A stretch of 64,000 nucleotides of DNA from an uncultured bacterium. Lineage in GTDB: Bacteria; Krumholzibacteriota; Krumholzibacteriia; JACNKJ01. Position 1 is the first letter of the stretch; every line of letters begins with the position of its first letter. The position numbers and the translations under genes are program-made. Where the stretch lies: assembly GCA_963695095.1 (NCBI GenBank), contig CAVOFT010000001.1:384001-448000 (forward strand), read 5' to 3'. This document shows positions 49,760 to 59,212 of the stretch, piece by piece. The notes beneath the pieces were generated by a model, which saw only the letters and a list, made by a program, of their open reading frames with translations, had not been told where the DNA came from and made no database searches.

Positions 49760-50320
49760 ATGCGTGAAGCCATCCGGGCCATTCTCGAGCACGTGGGCGA
49801 GGACCCCGATCGCGAGGGGCTCAAGGACACGCCCGAGCGCGTGCACCACGCCTACCACTACCTCACGCGCGGCTATCGCATGGATCCGGCCACGATCATC
49901 GGCCGCGCGGTCTTCAATGAGGCCTACAACGAGATGGTCGTGGTGCGGGACATCGACTTCTACAGCCTCTGCGAGCACCACCTGCTGCCCTTCTACGGCC
50001 GCGCGCACGTGGCCTACGTGCCCGATGGCAAGATCGTCGGGCTGTCCAAGATCCCGCGCCTGGTGGACGTCTTCAGCCGCCGCTTGCAGGTGCAGGAGCG
50101 CCTTACCCAGCAGATCGCCACCACGCTGGAGGAGCAGCTCGAGCCCCAGGGCGTGGCCGTGGTGCTCGAGGGCTTCCACATGTGCATGGCCATGCGCGGG
50201 GTCGAGAAGCAGAACGCCTGGATGACCACCAGCGCCATGCGCGGCATCTTCGAGTCGAGCACGCGCACGCGCGACGAGTTTCTAGTGCTGATCCGCGGCA
50301 TCAGTAACCGCGGGCGCTAA
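49760..50320 (+). CDS. folE: GTP cyclohydrolase I
   Basis: [52 protein letters not shown]. Confidence 0.96.
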   Translation: MREAIRAILEHVGEDPDREGLKDTPERVHHAYHYLTRGYRMDPATIIGRAVFNEAYNEMVVVRDIDFYSLCEHHLLPFYGRAHVAYVPDGKIVGLSKIPRLVDVFSRRLQVQERLTQQIATTLEEQLEPQGVAVVLEGFHMCMAMRGVEKQNAWMTTSAMRGIFESSTRTRDEFLVLIRGISNRGR

Positions 50321-50396
50321 AGCGCGGCCGCACGCGCTAACGCGCGGCCGCGCGCGCCAGCGCCGCGCGGGCAGGGCCGCGCCGGGAGGTCAAGCC

Positions 50397-52702
50397 GTGT
50401 CCAACGCCAGCCCCGCGGGCCAGCGCCTGCCCCAGCCCTACATCGCCGCCGCCACGCTGATGCCCGAGTTCACGCTGCGGGCGGTGATCGTCGGCACCAT
50501 CCTCGGCATGATCTTCGGCGCCTCGTCGCTCTACCTGGTGCTCAAGGTCGGCCTGACCGTGAGCGCCTCGATCCCGGTGGCGGTGATCTCGATCACGCTG
50601 TTCCGGCTGGCTTCCAAGCTGGGCGTGCCGCGACGCCACGATCCTCGAGAACAACATCGTGCAGACGGCCGGCTCGGCCGGCGAGTCGATCGCCTTCGGC
50701 GTCGGCGTGACGATGCCGGCGATCATGATCCTCGGCTTCGACCTCGAGCTGACGCGCGTGATGCTGGTCGCCGTGCTCGGCGGCCTGCTCGGCATCCTGA
50801 TGATGATTCCGCTGCGCCGCGCGCTGATCGTGCAGCAGCACGGCCTGCTCAAGTACCCCGAGGGCACGGCCTGCGCCGAGGTGCTGAAGGCGGGCGCCTC
50901 GGACGAGTCGCGCGCCGCTGGCCTCGGACGAGGCGAAGGAGGAGGAGCGCGCCGCCGCCGCGGCCGGCCTCAAGGCGGGCACCAGCGGGCGCACGATCTT
51001 CACCGGCTTCGGCATCGGCCTGCTCTACAAGACGGCGATGGTGGCGTTCAAGGCCTGGAAGGACGTGCCCGAGAAGCATCTTCGGCGCGCCCTTCAAGGC
51101 GGGCTCCATCTCGGCCGAGATCACCCCCGAGCTGCTCGGCGTGGGCTACATCATCGGGCCGAAGATCGCCGCGGTCATGTGCGGCGGCGGCGTGCTGGCC
51201 TACCTGCTGCTGATCCCGCTCATCAAGTTCTTCGGCGAGGCCATTCCCGGCGCGCTCTCGCCGGGCACGATCCCGATCAGCGAGATGGCGCCCGAACGCA
51301 GATCCGCGGCGCCTACGTGCTCTACATCGGCGCCGGCGCCGTGGCGGCGGGCGGCATCATCAGCCTCGTCCGCTCGCTGCCCGTCATCTGGCACGGCATC
51401 CGCGAGGGCCTGCGCGACGTGAGCCTGGGCGGCAAGGCGGGCGTCGACCCGCACCGCACCGAGCACGACCTGCCGATGACGCTTCGTCTTCGGCGGCATC
51501 CTGGCCATCATCGTGGCCATCGTGCTCGCGCCGCCCCTGCACATGAACCTGCTCGGCGCGCTGCTCATCGTGCTGTTCGGCTTCCTCTTCGTGACCGTGT
51601 CATCGCGGCTGACGGGCGAGATCGGCTCGTCCTCCAACCCGATCTCGGGCATGACCGTGGCCACGCTGCTGCTCACCTGCCTGATCTTCCTGGCCATCGG
51701 CTGGACGGGCGGCAACCACTACGTGACCGCGCTCTCGGTGGGCGCCATCGTCTGCATCGCCGCCTCGAACGGCGGCACGACCTCGCAGGACCTGAAGACC
51801 GGCTTCCTCGTCGGCGCCACGCCGCGGCTGCAGCAGATCGTCGATCCTGATCGGCGCGCTGGTCTCGGCGCTGATGCTCGGGCCCATCCTGCTCAAGCTG
51901 AACGACACGGCGACGGTCTACGTGCCGGCCGCCGAGGTGGCGCCGCGGGCTCGTCACCGATCCCGGGCCGCTCGACGCAGCGCGAGTCCCTGCGCGGGCC
52001 GCAGGCGCGCGCGGACGGGGCGAGCTATCGCGTCTGGCAGAAGCGCGACAACGAGGGCGGCCCCGCGGGCAAGTACCTGGTGGACGACGCGGGGCGCGCG
52101 GTCTACCTGGTGGACCCGGGCATCAACGGCGCCTACACGCAGCGGCCGGATGGGACCAGCGTGCGCAAGTTCGACGCGCCCAAGGCCACGCTGATGAGCT
52201 ACATCATCACGCGGCATCCTGGACCGGCAGCTGCCCTGGGCGCTGGTGCTCTTCGGCGTGATGATCGCGGTCATCCTGGAGATGGCGGGCATTCCGTCGC
52301 TGGCCTTCGCGGTGGGCGTCTACCTGCCGCTGTCGTCGTCGACGCCGATCTTCGTCGGCGGCATGATCCGCTGGCTGGTGGACCGGTTCCGGCGCCGCGA
52401 GCTGAAGCGCGCGGGCGCGGCGGCCAGCGCCGAGCAGCTTGCCGCCGAGAGCGACAAGAGCCCCGGCGTGCTGATGGCCTCGGGCTACATCGCGGGCGGG
52501 GCGATCGCGGGCATCGTGATCGCCTTCATGGCCGGCGTGCTGATGGGCCTGGACGAGAAGCTCACGCGCTGGGCGGCCGCGCACAACCCCTTCTACGGCG
52601 GCGCCTCGGCGGACCTGCTCGCGCTGATGCCCTTCGTGCTGCTGAGCGCTGCTGCTCTTCTTGGTAGGCCGCGAGAAGCTGCTGGCTGGGCGCGCGCGGT
52701 AG
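50397..52702 (+). CDS. OPT-family oligopeptide transporter with many frameshifts (sequence errors or pseudogene)
   Basis: [10 protein letters not shown]...[92 protein letters not shown] across several frames; stop TAG 52700-52702. Confidence 0.82.
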
Positions 52703-52722
52703 GATTGCCCCACGGGCTCTCT

Positions 52723-52760
52723 GGCGCGAATGCGCCGCCCGCTGAAACCAGTTGTTAGGT
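52723..52760 (-). mobile_element. Truncated attC-like site after the DHFR-like gene
   Basis: Minus strand, 5 nt after TAA: ACCTAAC (RYYYAAC) AACTGGTTTCAGCGGGC, then hairpin GGCGC-ATTC-GCGCC; the distal half with GTTRRRY is absent. Confidence 0.55.
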
Positions 52761-52765
52761 CGCCT

Positions 52766-53404
52766 TTAGACACGCACGTAGCGCAAGTGGGTTGCAGCTG
52801 GACTATCAAGCACCTTGTCGATTCGGAACCGCGGAGCCGGCTCGCACAGGTTCTCGAAGAGGCGTCTCCCGCCGCCGAACACCACTGGCGCCAGCGCGAT
52901 CTCCAGCTCATCGATCGTACCCAGGTTCAGGTACTGCTGGATCACGTCCGCGCCGCCTGAGATGCGAACATCGCGGCCGCCGGCAGACTCCCTGGCCTGC
53001 TCGAGGGCCCTCTCCGGCCCGTCGTTGACGAAGTAGAAGGTCGTCCCTCCCGGCCGGACCCAGGCTTCGCGCTTCTCGCGGGTGAGCACGTAGACCGGAG
53101 TGTGAAACGGGGCCTCCTCGGGCCATGAGGCCTCGCCTTGCTCGAACATGCGCTTGCCCATGATGTTGGCACCGATGCGCTCCGTGGTGCTGCGAAGCAG
53201 CTCATTGACAGGGCCGGTCTCTCCCCCTGGTCCGAGCTTGAGGTTCTCGCGGAAGTACTGCTGATTGAGGATCCAGGCCATCAGCGCACCCCACTTCGCG
53301 CCCCAGTCCTTGTACTCGGGCCTGTCCCAGTTCTCAATGGTCATCCCATCCGGCGCCATGTAGCCGTCAAGGCTGAGTCCGATGTTCACGAAGACCTTGG
53401 GCAT
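52766..53404 (-). CDS. Dihydrofolate reductase-like (RibD C-terminal family) protein
   Basis: SLDGYMA, IMGKRMFE, PVYVLT, VRISGGADVIQQYL...IDEL...PVVFGGGRRLF. Confidence 0.88.
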   Translation of the reverse strand: MPKVFVNIGLSLDGYMAPDGMTIENWDRPEYKDWGAKWGALMAWILNQQYFRENLKLGPGGETGPVNELLRSTTERIGANIMGKRMFEQGEASWPEEAPFHTPVYVLTREKREAWVRPGGTTFYFVNDGPERALEQARESAGGRDVRISGGADVIQQYLNLGTIDELEIALAPVVFGGGRRLFENLCEPAPRFRIDKVLDSPAATHLRYVRV

Positions 53405-53425
53405 AAGGCATCTCTCCTGATTCTG

Positions 53426-53914
53426 CTACTTACCCCGGCGCGCGGCCTCGACGGCGGCGATGTCGATCTTCCCCATCTCCATCATCGCATCGAAGGCGCG
53501 CTTGGCGGCGGCGGGATCGGGGTCCGTGATCGCATCGGTCAGGGCGATCGGCGTGATCTGCCACGACAGTCCCCACTTGTCCCGGCACCAGCCGCAGGCG
53601 CTCTCCTCGCCGCCGTTGTCGACGATCGCCTGCCAGTAGCGATCCGTTTCGGCCTGGTCGGCGGTCGCGATCTGGAAGGAGAAGGCTTCGCTGTGCTTGA
53701 TCCCGGGTCCGCCGTTGAGCCCGAGGCAGGGAATGCCGAGCACCGTGAACTCGACGGTCAGCACGTCGCCCTGCTTGCCGGACGGATAGTCCCCTGGCGC
53801 GCGATGCACCGCGGTGACGGCCGAATCGGGGAAGACCTTGGCGTAGAAGCGCGCCGCTCCCTCGGCATCGTTGTCGAACCAAAGGCAGATCGTGTTCTTG
53901 GCGACCTTGCGCAT
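53426..53914 (-). CDS. VOC-family protein (PhnB-like)
   Basis: CLWFDNDAEGAARFY, LNGGP, CGWCRDKWGLSWQI, MMEMGKIDIA; AGGAGG RBS before ATG 53914. Confidence 0.9.
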   Translation of the reverse strand: MRKVAKNTICLWFDNDAEGAARFYAKVFPDSAVTAVHRAPGDYPSGKQGDVLTVEFTVLGIPCLGLNGGPGIKHSEAFSFQIATADQAETDRYWQAIVDNGGEESACGWCRDKWGLSWQITPIALTDAITDPDPAAAKRAFDAMMEMGKIDIAAVEAARRGK

Positions 53915-53961
53915 GCTGCTCCTCCTTTGCGATGGGCGATCGGCCATACCTTGCGCCACGG

Positions 53962-53991
53962 ATTATGGAGGAGGGATCGTTGCCATCGCAA
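53962..53991 (-). promoter_or_regulatory. Putative sigma70 promoter for the VOC and DHFR-like genes
   Basis: Minus strand TTGCGA, 18 bp spacer, CATAAT. Confidence 0.4.
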
Positions 53992-54002
53992 GGGTGGGCG
54001 GT

Positions 54003-54195
54003 GGGCTACATCGCGGGCGGGGCGATTGCGGACACCGTGATCGGCTTCGTGGCCGGTGTGCTGATGGATCTGGACGAGAAGCTCATGCGCTGGGCGGAGG
54101 CGCAGCCTGATCTTCGCAGGCGCCTCGGTGGACCTGCTGGTGCTGCTTCCCCTCGTGCTGCTCTTCCTCGTCGGCAGGGAGAGCTGCTGGCAGGA
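54003..54195 (+). pseudogene. Diverged duplicate of the 3' end of the upstream OPT gene (about 52482-52690)
   Basis: GGGCTACATCGCGGGCGGGGCGAT...CTGATGG..CTGGACGAGAAGCTCA.GCGCTGGGCGG shared; [31 protein letters not shown] versus [31 protein letters not shown]. Confidence 0.85.
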
Positions 54196-54311
54196 TGGGG
54201 CGGGAGGGATCGTGGGTGAGCCGCCCCTGGGGGTGGTCTTCGTCGCGCCGTCAGTAGCGTGCTTAATTAGGTGGCGGGCGGGCAGGCTCTAGGTAGCGGA
54301 TCGCAAGTACC

Positions 54312-55448
54312 CTACCAGTCCATGTTCCTGTGGGAATCCTGTTCCCACGCGGTGCGATCGAGGTAGTCGTTGAAGCTAGCAGGATCGGCCACAGCACTCT
54401 CGTAAATTGAGATGGACTCTGGATTGAAGTAGACATCTAGTCCGGCCGAGACATAGCGGAAACCGAGCTCATGTGTTCCGCTCTCGAGGAAGGAGTCGGC
54501 CCTGTCAAGCTGCTTGCAGTTCTCTGAGAAGCTTGCATCCGAGAGTGGATGAATAGAGAGGCGGTTTTCTGTCGACCTGGATAGGCGGGCAGGAATGGCT
54601 CCTACGCCGGGGACTTGGACATGGACTAGATTCAGCGAGCGATCGAAGCCTCCGTGCGTCGCCGGGTTGCGGTGCTCCTGTTTGACCCGCAGGAGCTGCT
54701 CGTAGACGGTCTTCGCAAGTGGGTTCGTTTGAAGGTCGAACACGCGCTTGTACTTCGCGGCCCAGTCGGCTGTGATGATGGACTCTAAGTCGTCCCGTTG
54801 CGCATCGAACCCGGAGAAGGGAAGGAGGAGTACCAGCACGTGCTCGAGCCAGCTGAAGAAGGCATCCAGAGCAGCGGATCCGGCGAAAAATCCTTCACGC
54901 TCGGGCCTGAAGGGGTACGAAATAGTCACTTCGCCGCGAGCGGCACGCTGTTTCACGGGTGGTGGTGGATCCGAGGAGAAGCTCGCGATTGCGAGTTCTC
55001 TAAGGTAGTCGTAGCGGTCTCGGAAGAGGCGGAAATGGTTCGGGATTGTGATGCGGCCCTCCCGGATCAACAAGCGGATCTCGGGCTCCAGATCACGTTC
55101 AACCAGCGGAACCGCGCGCTGGAGCACGTCGGCGAAGGCCTGCAGGGGAGCACCGTCCTCCCCAGCACTGGCTCGCGCGCGAACGCGAAGCCCGAACTTC
55201 TCCGATGAGACCACGATCAGCGAGCCCTTGAAGGATATGGCTGTGACCCAAGCGGTCTTCTCAATGGGTCTTGTGTCGAACCTAGCCCCGATGTAGCGCT
55301 CTAGAACGACCTTGACTAGGTACGGAGCGGGCATGTTCTGCGGAGTATCAACGAGGCGAAGACCCTCACCGGAGAACGAGAGAGACTCGGCGACGACATC
55401 CTGCAGGATAAACCGCAAGGCGTTGGTGGCTTCTGACTGCTCGCTCAT
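54312..55448 (-). CDS. Hypothetical gene-cassette protein with HEPN-like RxxxxH motif
   Basis: ATG 55448 lies 15 nt after the attC GTTGGGC core; lower GC; FFSWLEHVL...KQEHRNPATHGG. Confidence 0.7.
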   Translation of the reverse strand: MSEQSEATNALRFILQDVVAESLSFSGEGLRLVDTPQNMPAPYLVKVVLERYIGARFDTRPIEKTAWVTAISFKGSLIVVSSEKFGLRVRARASAGEDGAPLQAFADVLQRAVPLVERDLEPEIRLLIREGRITIPNHFRLFRDRYDYLRELAIASFSSDPPPPVKQRAARGEVTISYPFRPEREGFFAGSAALDAFFSWLEHVLVLLLPFSGFDAQRDDLESIITADWAAKYKRVFDLQTNPLAKTVYEQLLRVKQEHRNPATHGGFDRSLNLVHVQVPGVGAIPARLSRSTENRLSIHPLSDASFSENCKQLDRADSFLESGTHELGFRYVSAGLDVYFNPESISIYESAVADPASFNDYLDRTAWEQDSHRNMDW

Positions 55449-55463
55449 GCTTCCGATCTCGCC

Positions 55464-55574
55464 GCCCAACGTCCAGGAAAACCAGCGAAGGCGGCCGGCG
55501 AAGCCGGATGTCACGGGCCTGGCTACGGCCAGGCCTGTGACACAGCCTTCGGCTGGTTCATGCTGCTGTTAGGC
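55464..55574 (-). mobile_element. Integron attC recombination site (111 bp)
   Basis: Minus strand GCCTAAC (RYYYAAC) ... GTTGGGC (GTTRRRY); arms AACCAGCCGAAGGC / GCCTTCGCTGGTT pair with one unpaired base; inner stem TGTCACAGGCCTGGC / GCCAGGCCCGTGACA; lies between two co-oriented genes. Confidence 0.85.
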
Positions 55575-55590
55575 TGTTCCGATATCTCAC

Positions 55591-55956
55591 CTAACGCTTC
55601 ACAAGACTGGGAAGCAAGAGCAACGACCCACAGAACGGGCACTTCACTTTCCGGCCGGCCTGCTGCAACTGCCACGCCAAGACCTGGCTGCAATTCTCGT
55701 TCGGGCACGTAACCACACGCTGCGCCTGAGTTCTGCTGCGTGAGCCAGGGGCAGCGACCGTGGGAGTCGATACCTGCCGCCCAGCGATGTCTTGGAGAAG
55801 GCGAGTTTGCTTCTGTTGCTCTTCGAGTGCGTGCCTTGCGGCGTCAGCCGCGTCTTTCGCAGCATCTGCCGCTTCTATCGCATCATGCTCTGTGCAACAG
55901 TCTGGGCATTCCATCCAGCTGTCTTGAATTGGGTATCCATGGTGACGCCGGGACAT
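55591..55956 (-). CDS. Small Cys-rich hypothetical protein (zinc-ribbon-like), probable gene cassette
   Basis: GGGAGGAGG RBS; CPDC near the N-terminus, helical linker, CPNENC...CPFC; preceded by GTTAGGC (56006-56000) and followed by attC. Confidence 0.7.
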   Translation of the reverse strand: MSRRHHGYPIQDSWMECPDCCTEHDAIEAADAAKDAADAARHALEEQQKQTRLLQDIAGRQVSTPTVAAPGSRSRTQAQRVVTCPNENCSQVLAWQLQQAGRKVKCPFCGSLLLLPSLVKR

Positions 55957-56564
55957 CGGTCTAGACCTCCTCCCACTCGCAACGACGAGCTCACTTGGAG
56001 CCTAACGCGAAATGGCGACGTAGGGATAGTTAGCTTCCTGGGTGTAAACGGCCAGATAGCACCGATCATCTTCCGCAACCGCGCCAAGCAATTGTCGGCA
56101 GTGGCGCTACATTGATGCGTCAATTCAGTTGCGGACTGTACGGCGGGACGATCCGCATAGCAAGATACTGACAGCGAATCGCAGCGGACTGAGCCGGATC
56201 CGCCGCCCGGTGCCTTGTTTGGGCACTGTTGCTTCCACGCGACAAATCCTCATCGACGGGACTCCCGACGCCATGCCCCGCGATTCAGCGCATGCGCGCC
56301 GAGCATGATCGTGGTGACGTCTTGCTCCCCAGGAGTCCCTGGGCACTTCGGTTGCTTCGGCCCGACTCCAACCCGACTCCAAGAGGAGGCACAGCGGAGG
56401 ACTCGCATTCGACAAAGGCGCAAGGCGGGTCTGACCGGTCAGCCAGATGGGAGATACAGCTCTCAGGCGAGCCCAATCCGCCCCCGGGGGCGGGTCGGCG
56501 CGCCAGCGCGGCGCCGCATCCCTTTCCGCTGGCCTTCCCCCCGGCGAGGCGCTTTAATCGCCCC

Positions 56565-57272
56565 ATGCCCGCCCCGAATCCCCAACCTTCGGCCCTCATC
56601 ACCGGCGGCAGCGCCGGCATCGGCCTCGCCCTGGCCGCCGGCCTGATCGAGGACGGCTACCGCGTCGCCATCAGCGGCCGGGACGCCGCCCGCCTGGAAG
56701 CCGCTGCCAAACGAACCCACGCGACCCTCGCCCTGCCCGCCGACCTCCGCGACCCCGCCGCCGTCGACGCCGCCATCGCCCGCATCGAAACGGACTTCGG
56801 CCGCCTCGATGTCCTCGTCAACAACGCCGGCCAGGGGCGCTTCCTCTCCCTGGCCGAGACCAGCGAGGCCGACTGGGAGGCCATGATCGGCACCAACCTG
56901 ACCGGCGCCTGGCGCATCACCCGCCGCTGCCTGCCCCTGCTGCTCGCCAGCCGCGGCGCCCTCGTCAACATCATCTCGGTGGCCGGGCGCCAGGGCTTCG
57001 CCAGCAACAGCGCCTACTGCGCCAGCAAGTTCGGCCTGCGCGGCCTGGCCGAGGCCCTGCGCGAGGAGCTGCGCGGCCAGGGCCTGCGCGTCATCAACAT
57101 CTACCCCGGCGCCACGGACACGCCCTTCTGGGACACGGTTTCAGGAACCTGGGACCGCAGCCGCATGCTTCGCCCCGAGGACGTGGCCCGCGCCGCCCGG
57201 GACGCCCTCAGAATGCCCGCGGGGGCCCTGGTCGAGGACCTGGTCATCGGCCCGGCCGGCGGGGCGCTCTAG
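56565..57272 (+). CDS. SDR-family oxidoreductase
   Basis: ALITGGSAGIG, LDVLVNNAG, YCASKFG, IYPGATDT. Confidence 0.92.
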   Translation: MPAPNPQPSALITGGSAGIGLALAAGLIEDGYRVAISGRDAARLEAAAKRTHATLALPADLRDPAAVDAAIARIETDFGRLDVLVNNAGQGRFLSLAETSEADWEAMIGTNLTGAWRITRRCLPLLLASRGALVNIISVAGRQGFASNSAYCASKFGLRGLAEALREELRGQGLRVINIYPGATDTPFWDTVSGTWDRSRMLRPEDVARAARDALRMPAGALVEDLVIGPAGGAL

Positions 57273-57469
57273 AAAGCGCGCCGGGCGGCGGACGGGCCCG
57301 GCGAATCCGCCCTCGGGGCTGGCGGCCCCATGGGCGGCTTGGTAGATTTAGCGGACGCGGTACGCCGTTGGCGGTCCGGACCGGGAGAGCCCTGGCGCCG
57401 GAGCGGGCGACTCGCCGCATGAGCCGCCGGCGGCTGGGCAGTCGGCACGAGGGGCGTGATCTCTAGGCC

Positions 57470-59212
57470 ATGGCTTCCAAGGACATCATCATCGGTATCG
57501 TGGGCAGTGGCGGCGACGGCGTCATCACGGCGGGCGAGTTCATCGTGTCCGCCGTCTCCAGCGAGGGGCTCTTCTCCTTCCTGCTCAAGAGCTACGGCGC
57601 CCAGATCCGCGGCGGCGAGTCCTCCTGCCGCGTGCGCATCTCGTCGAACCCGGTGGTGTCCCAGGGCGACGAGCTGGACGCGCTTGTCGTGCTGAGCTGG
57701 GCCGACTACCTCAAGTTCGAGCACGAGATCGACCTGCACGCCAAGACCGTGATCGTGCACGACGAGGATGACCCCATCCCCGATGATCACGTGGCCCGCT
57801 GGGCGGATCACCCCGTCTACCGCATCCCCTTCAAGCGCCTGGCGAAGGAGGAGATGCAGACCGTCCTCACCAAGAACATCATCATGCTCGGCGCCATGAT
57901 CGAGCTGTTCGGTCTGCCCGAGCGGGGCATCGCGCACGCCATCGACAGGAAGTTCGGCAAGAAGTCCGCGGGCGTGGTGACCAAGAACCTGGAAGCCCTG
58001 GCCTGCGGCAAGCGCTGGGTGGCCGAGAACATCAAGAAGGCCGACGAGTACTTCCTCGAGTACACGCCCAGCGAGCCCAAGCTCGTCATGGAGGGCAACG
58101 CGGCCGTGGCCCTGGGCGCCGTCGTCGCCGGCTGCCGCTTCTACGCCGGCTACCCGATCACGCCGGCCAGCGAGGTCATGCACTGGATGGCCCATCACCT
58201 GCCCGCCGTGGGCGGCACCGTGGTGCAGGCCGAGGACGAGATCTCGGCCGCCGGCATGGTGATCGGCGCCTCCTTCGGCGGCATCAAGGCGATGTGCGCC
58301 ACCAGCGGCCCCGGCTTCACGCTGAAGAGCGAGATGCTCGGCCTGGCCTCGATGGCCGAAGTGCCCATGGTCATCGTCGACGTGCAGCGCGGCGGGCCGA
58401 GCACGGGCATCCCCACCAAGAGCGAGCAGACGGACCTGATGCAGGCCGTCTACGGCAGCCACGGCGACTCGCCCCGCGTGGTGATCGCGCCCACCGACGT
58501 GGAGGATTGCTTCGACACGGCGGTCTACGCCTTCGACATCGCCGAGGAGTTCCAGATCCCCGTGGTGCTGCTCTCGGACCAGTTCATCGGCCAGCGCAAG
58601 GAGACCGTGCGCCCCTTCCCGGTGGATCGCCGCGAGGTCTACGGGCGGGTGAAGCCCAATGCCGAGGAGCTGGCGACCTACAAGCGCTACCGCCTCGACA
58701 CGGAAACCGGTGTCTCGCCGATGGCCGTGCCGGGCATGCCGGGCGGGCAGTACCCGGCCTCGGGCATCGAGCACAACGAGCTGGGCGATCCGACGAGCCG
58801 GATCAACCTGCACGACGCGATGACCGAGAAACGCTATCGCAAGTACAAGTACATCGTCGAGAAGTACAGCTTCGTGCGCCGCTACGGCGACGACGACGCG
58901 AGCGTGGGCATCCTGGCCTGGGGTTCCACCAAGGGCGTCGTCAAGGAGGCGGTGGCACTGCTGCAGGCGGAGGGCTACAAGGTGGGGGCGATGATCCCCC
59001 AGCTCCTGCATCCCTTCCCGATGGCGGCCTTCGATCAGTTCCTGGCGGGGAAGAAGCGGCTGGTGGTGGCGGAGCTGAGCTATCGCGGGCAATTCCTGCA
59101 GTTCATCCGCTCGCGCTGCACGATCACGGCGCCTGTTCACCACGTCGCCCGGCCGGGCGGCAAGCCCTTCACCGTCCGCGAGATCACCGAAGCCCTGCGG
59201 GAGGTCCTCTGA
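57470..59212 (+). CDS. korA: 2-oxoacid:ferredoxin oxidoreductase alpha subunit
   Basis: GSGGDGVITAG, YGAQIRGG, YAGYPITPAS, QAEDEI, ATSGPG, QRGGPSTGIPTK.EQ.D; substrate specificity not determined. Confidence 0.88.
   Translation: MASKDIIIGIVGSGGDGVITAGEFIVSAVSSEGLFSFLLKSYGAQIRGGESSCRVRISSNPVVSQGDELDALVVLSWADYLKFEHEIDLHAKTVIVHDEDDPIPDDHVARWADHPVYRIPFKRLAKEEMQTVLTKNIIMLGAMIELFGLPERGIAHAIDRKFGKKSAGVVTKNLEALACGKRWVAENIKKADEYFLEYTPSEPKLVMEGNAAVALGAVVAGCRFYAGYPITPASEVMHWMAHHLPAVGGTVVQAEDEISAAGMVIGASFGGIKAMCATSGPGFTLKSEMLGLASMAEVPMVIVDVQRGGPSTGIPTKSEQTDLMQAVYGSHGDSPRVVIAPTDVEDCFDTAVYAFDIAEEFQIPVVLLSDQFIGQRKETVRPFPVDRREVYGRVKPNAEELATYKRYRLDTETGVSPMAVPGMPGGQYPASGIEHNELGDPTSRINLHDAMTEKRYRKYKYIVEKYSFVRRYGDDDASVGILAWGSTKGVVKEAVALLQAEGYKVGAMIPQLLHPFPMAAFDQFLAGKKRLVVAELSYRGQFLQFIRSRCTITAPVHHVARPGGKPFTVREITEALREVL

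Noticed and set aside
50314..50358. 20 bp imperfect tandem repeat after folE
   Set aside because: Two low-complexity GC copies, probably local slippage; no sign of function.
56000..56036. Second complete attC (minus strand AGCTAAC...GTTAGGC)
   Set aside because: Far too short, imperfect RYYYAAC and no pairing arms; kept only as a possible core site.
56010..56560. Integron integrase or its remnant upstream of the cassettes
   Set aside because: No tyrosine recombinase motifs recognised; only an 11 bp tandem duplication (CCCGACTCCAA, 56361-56382).
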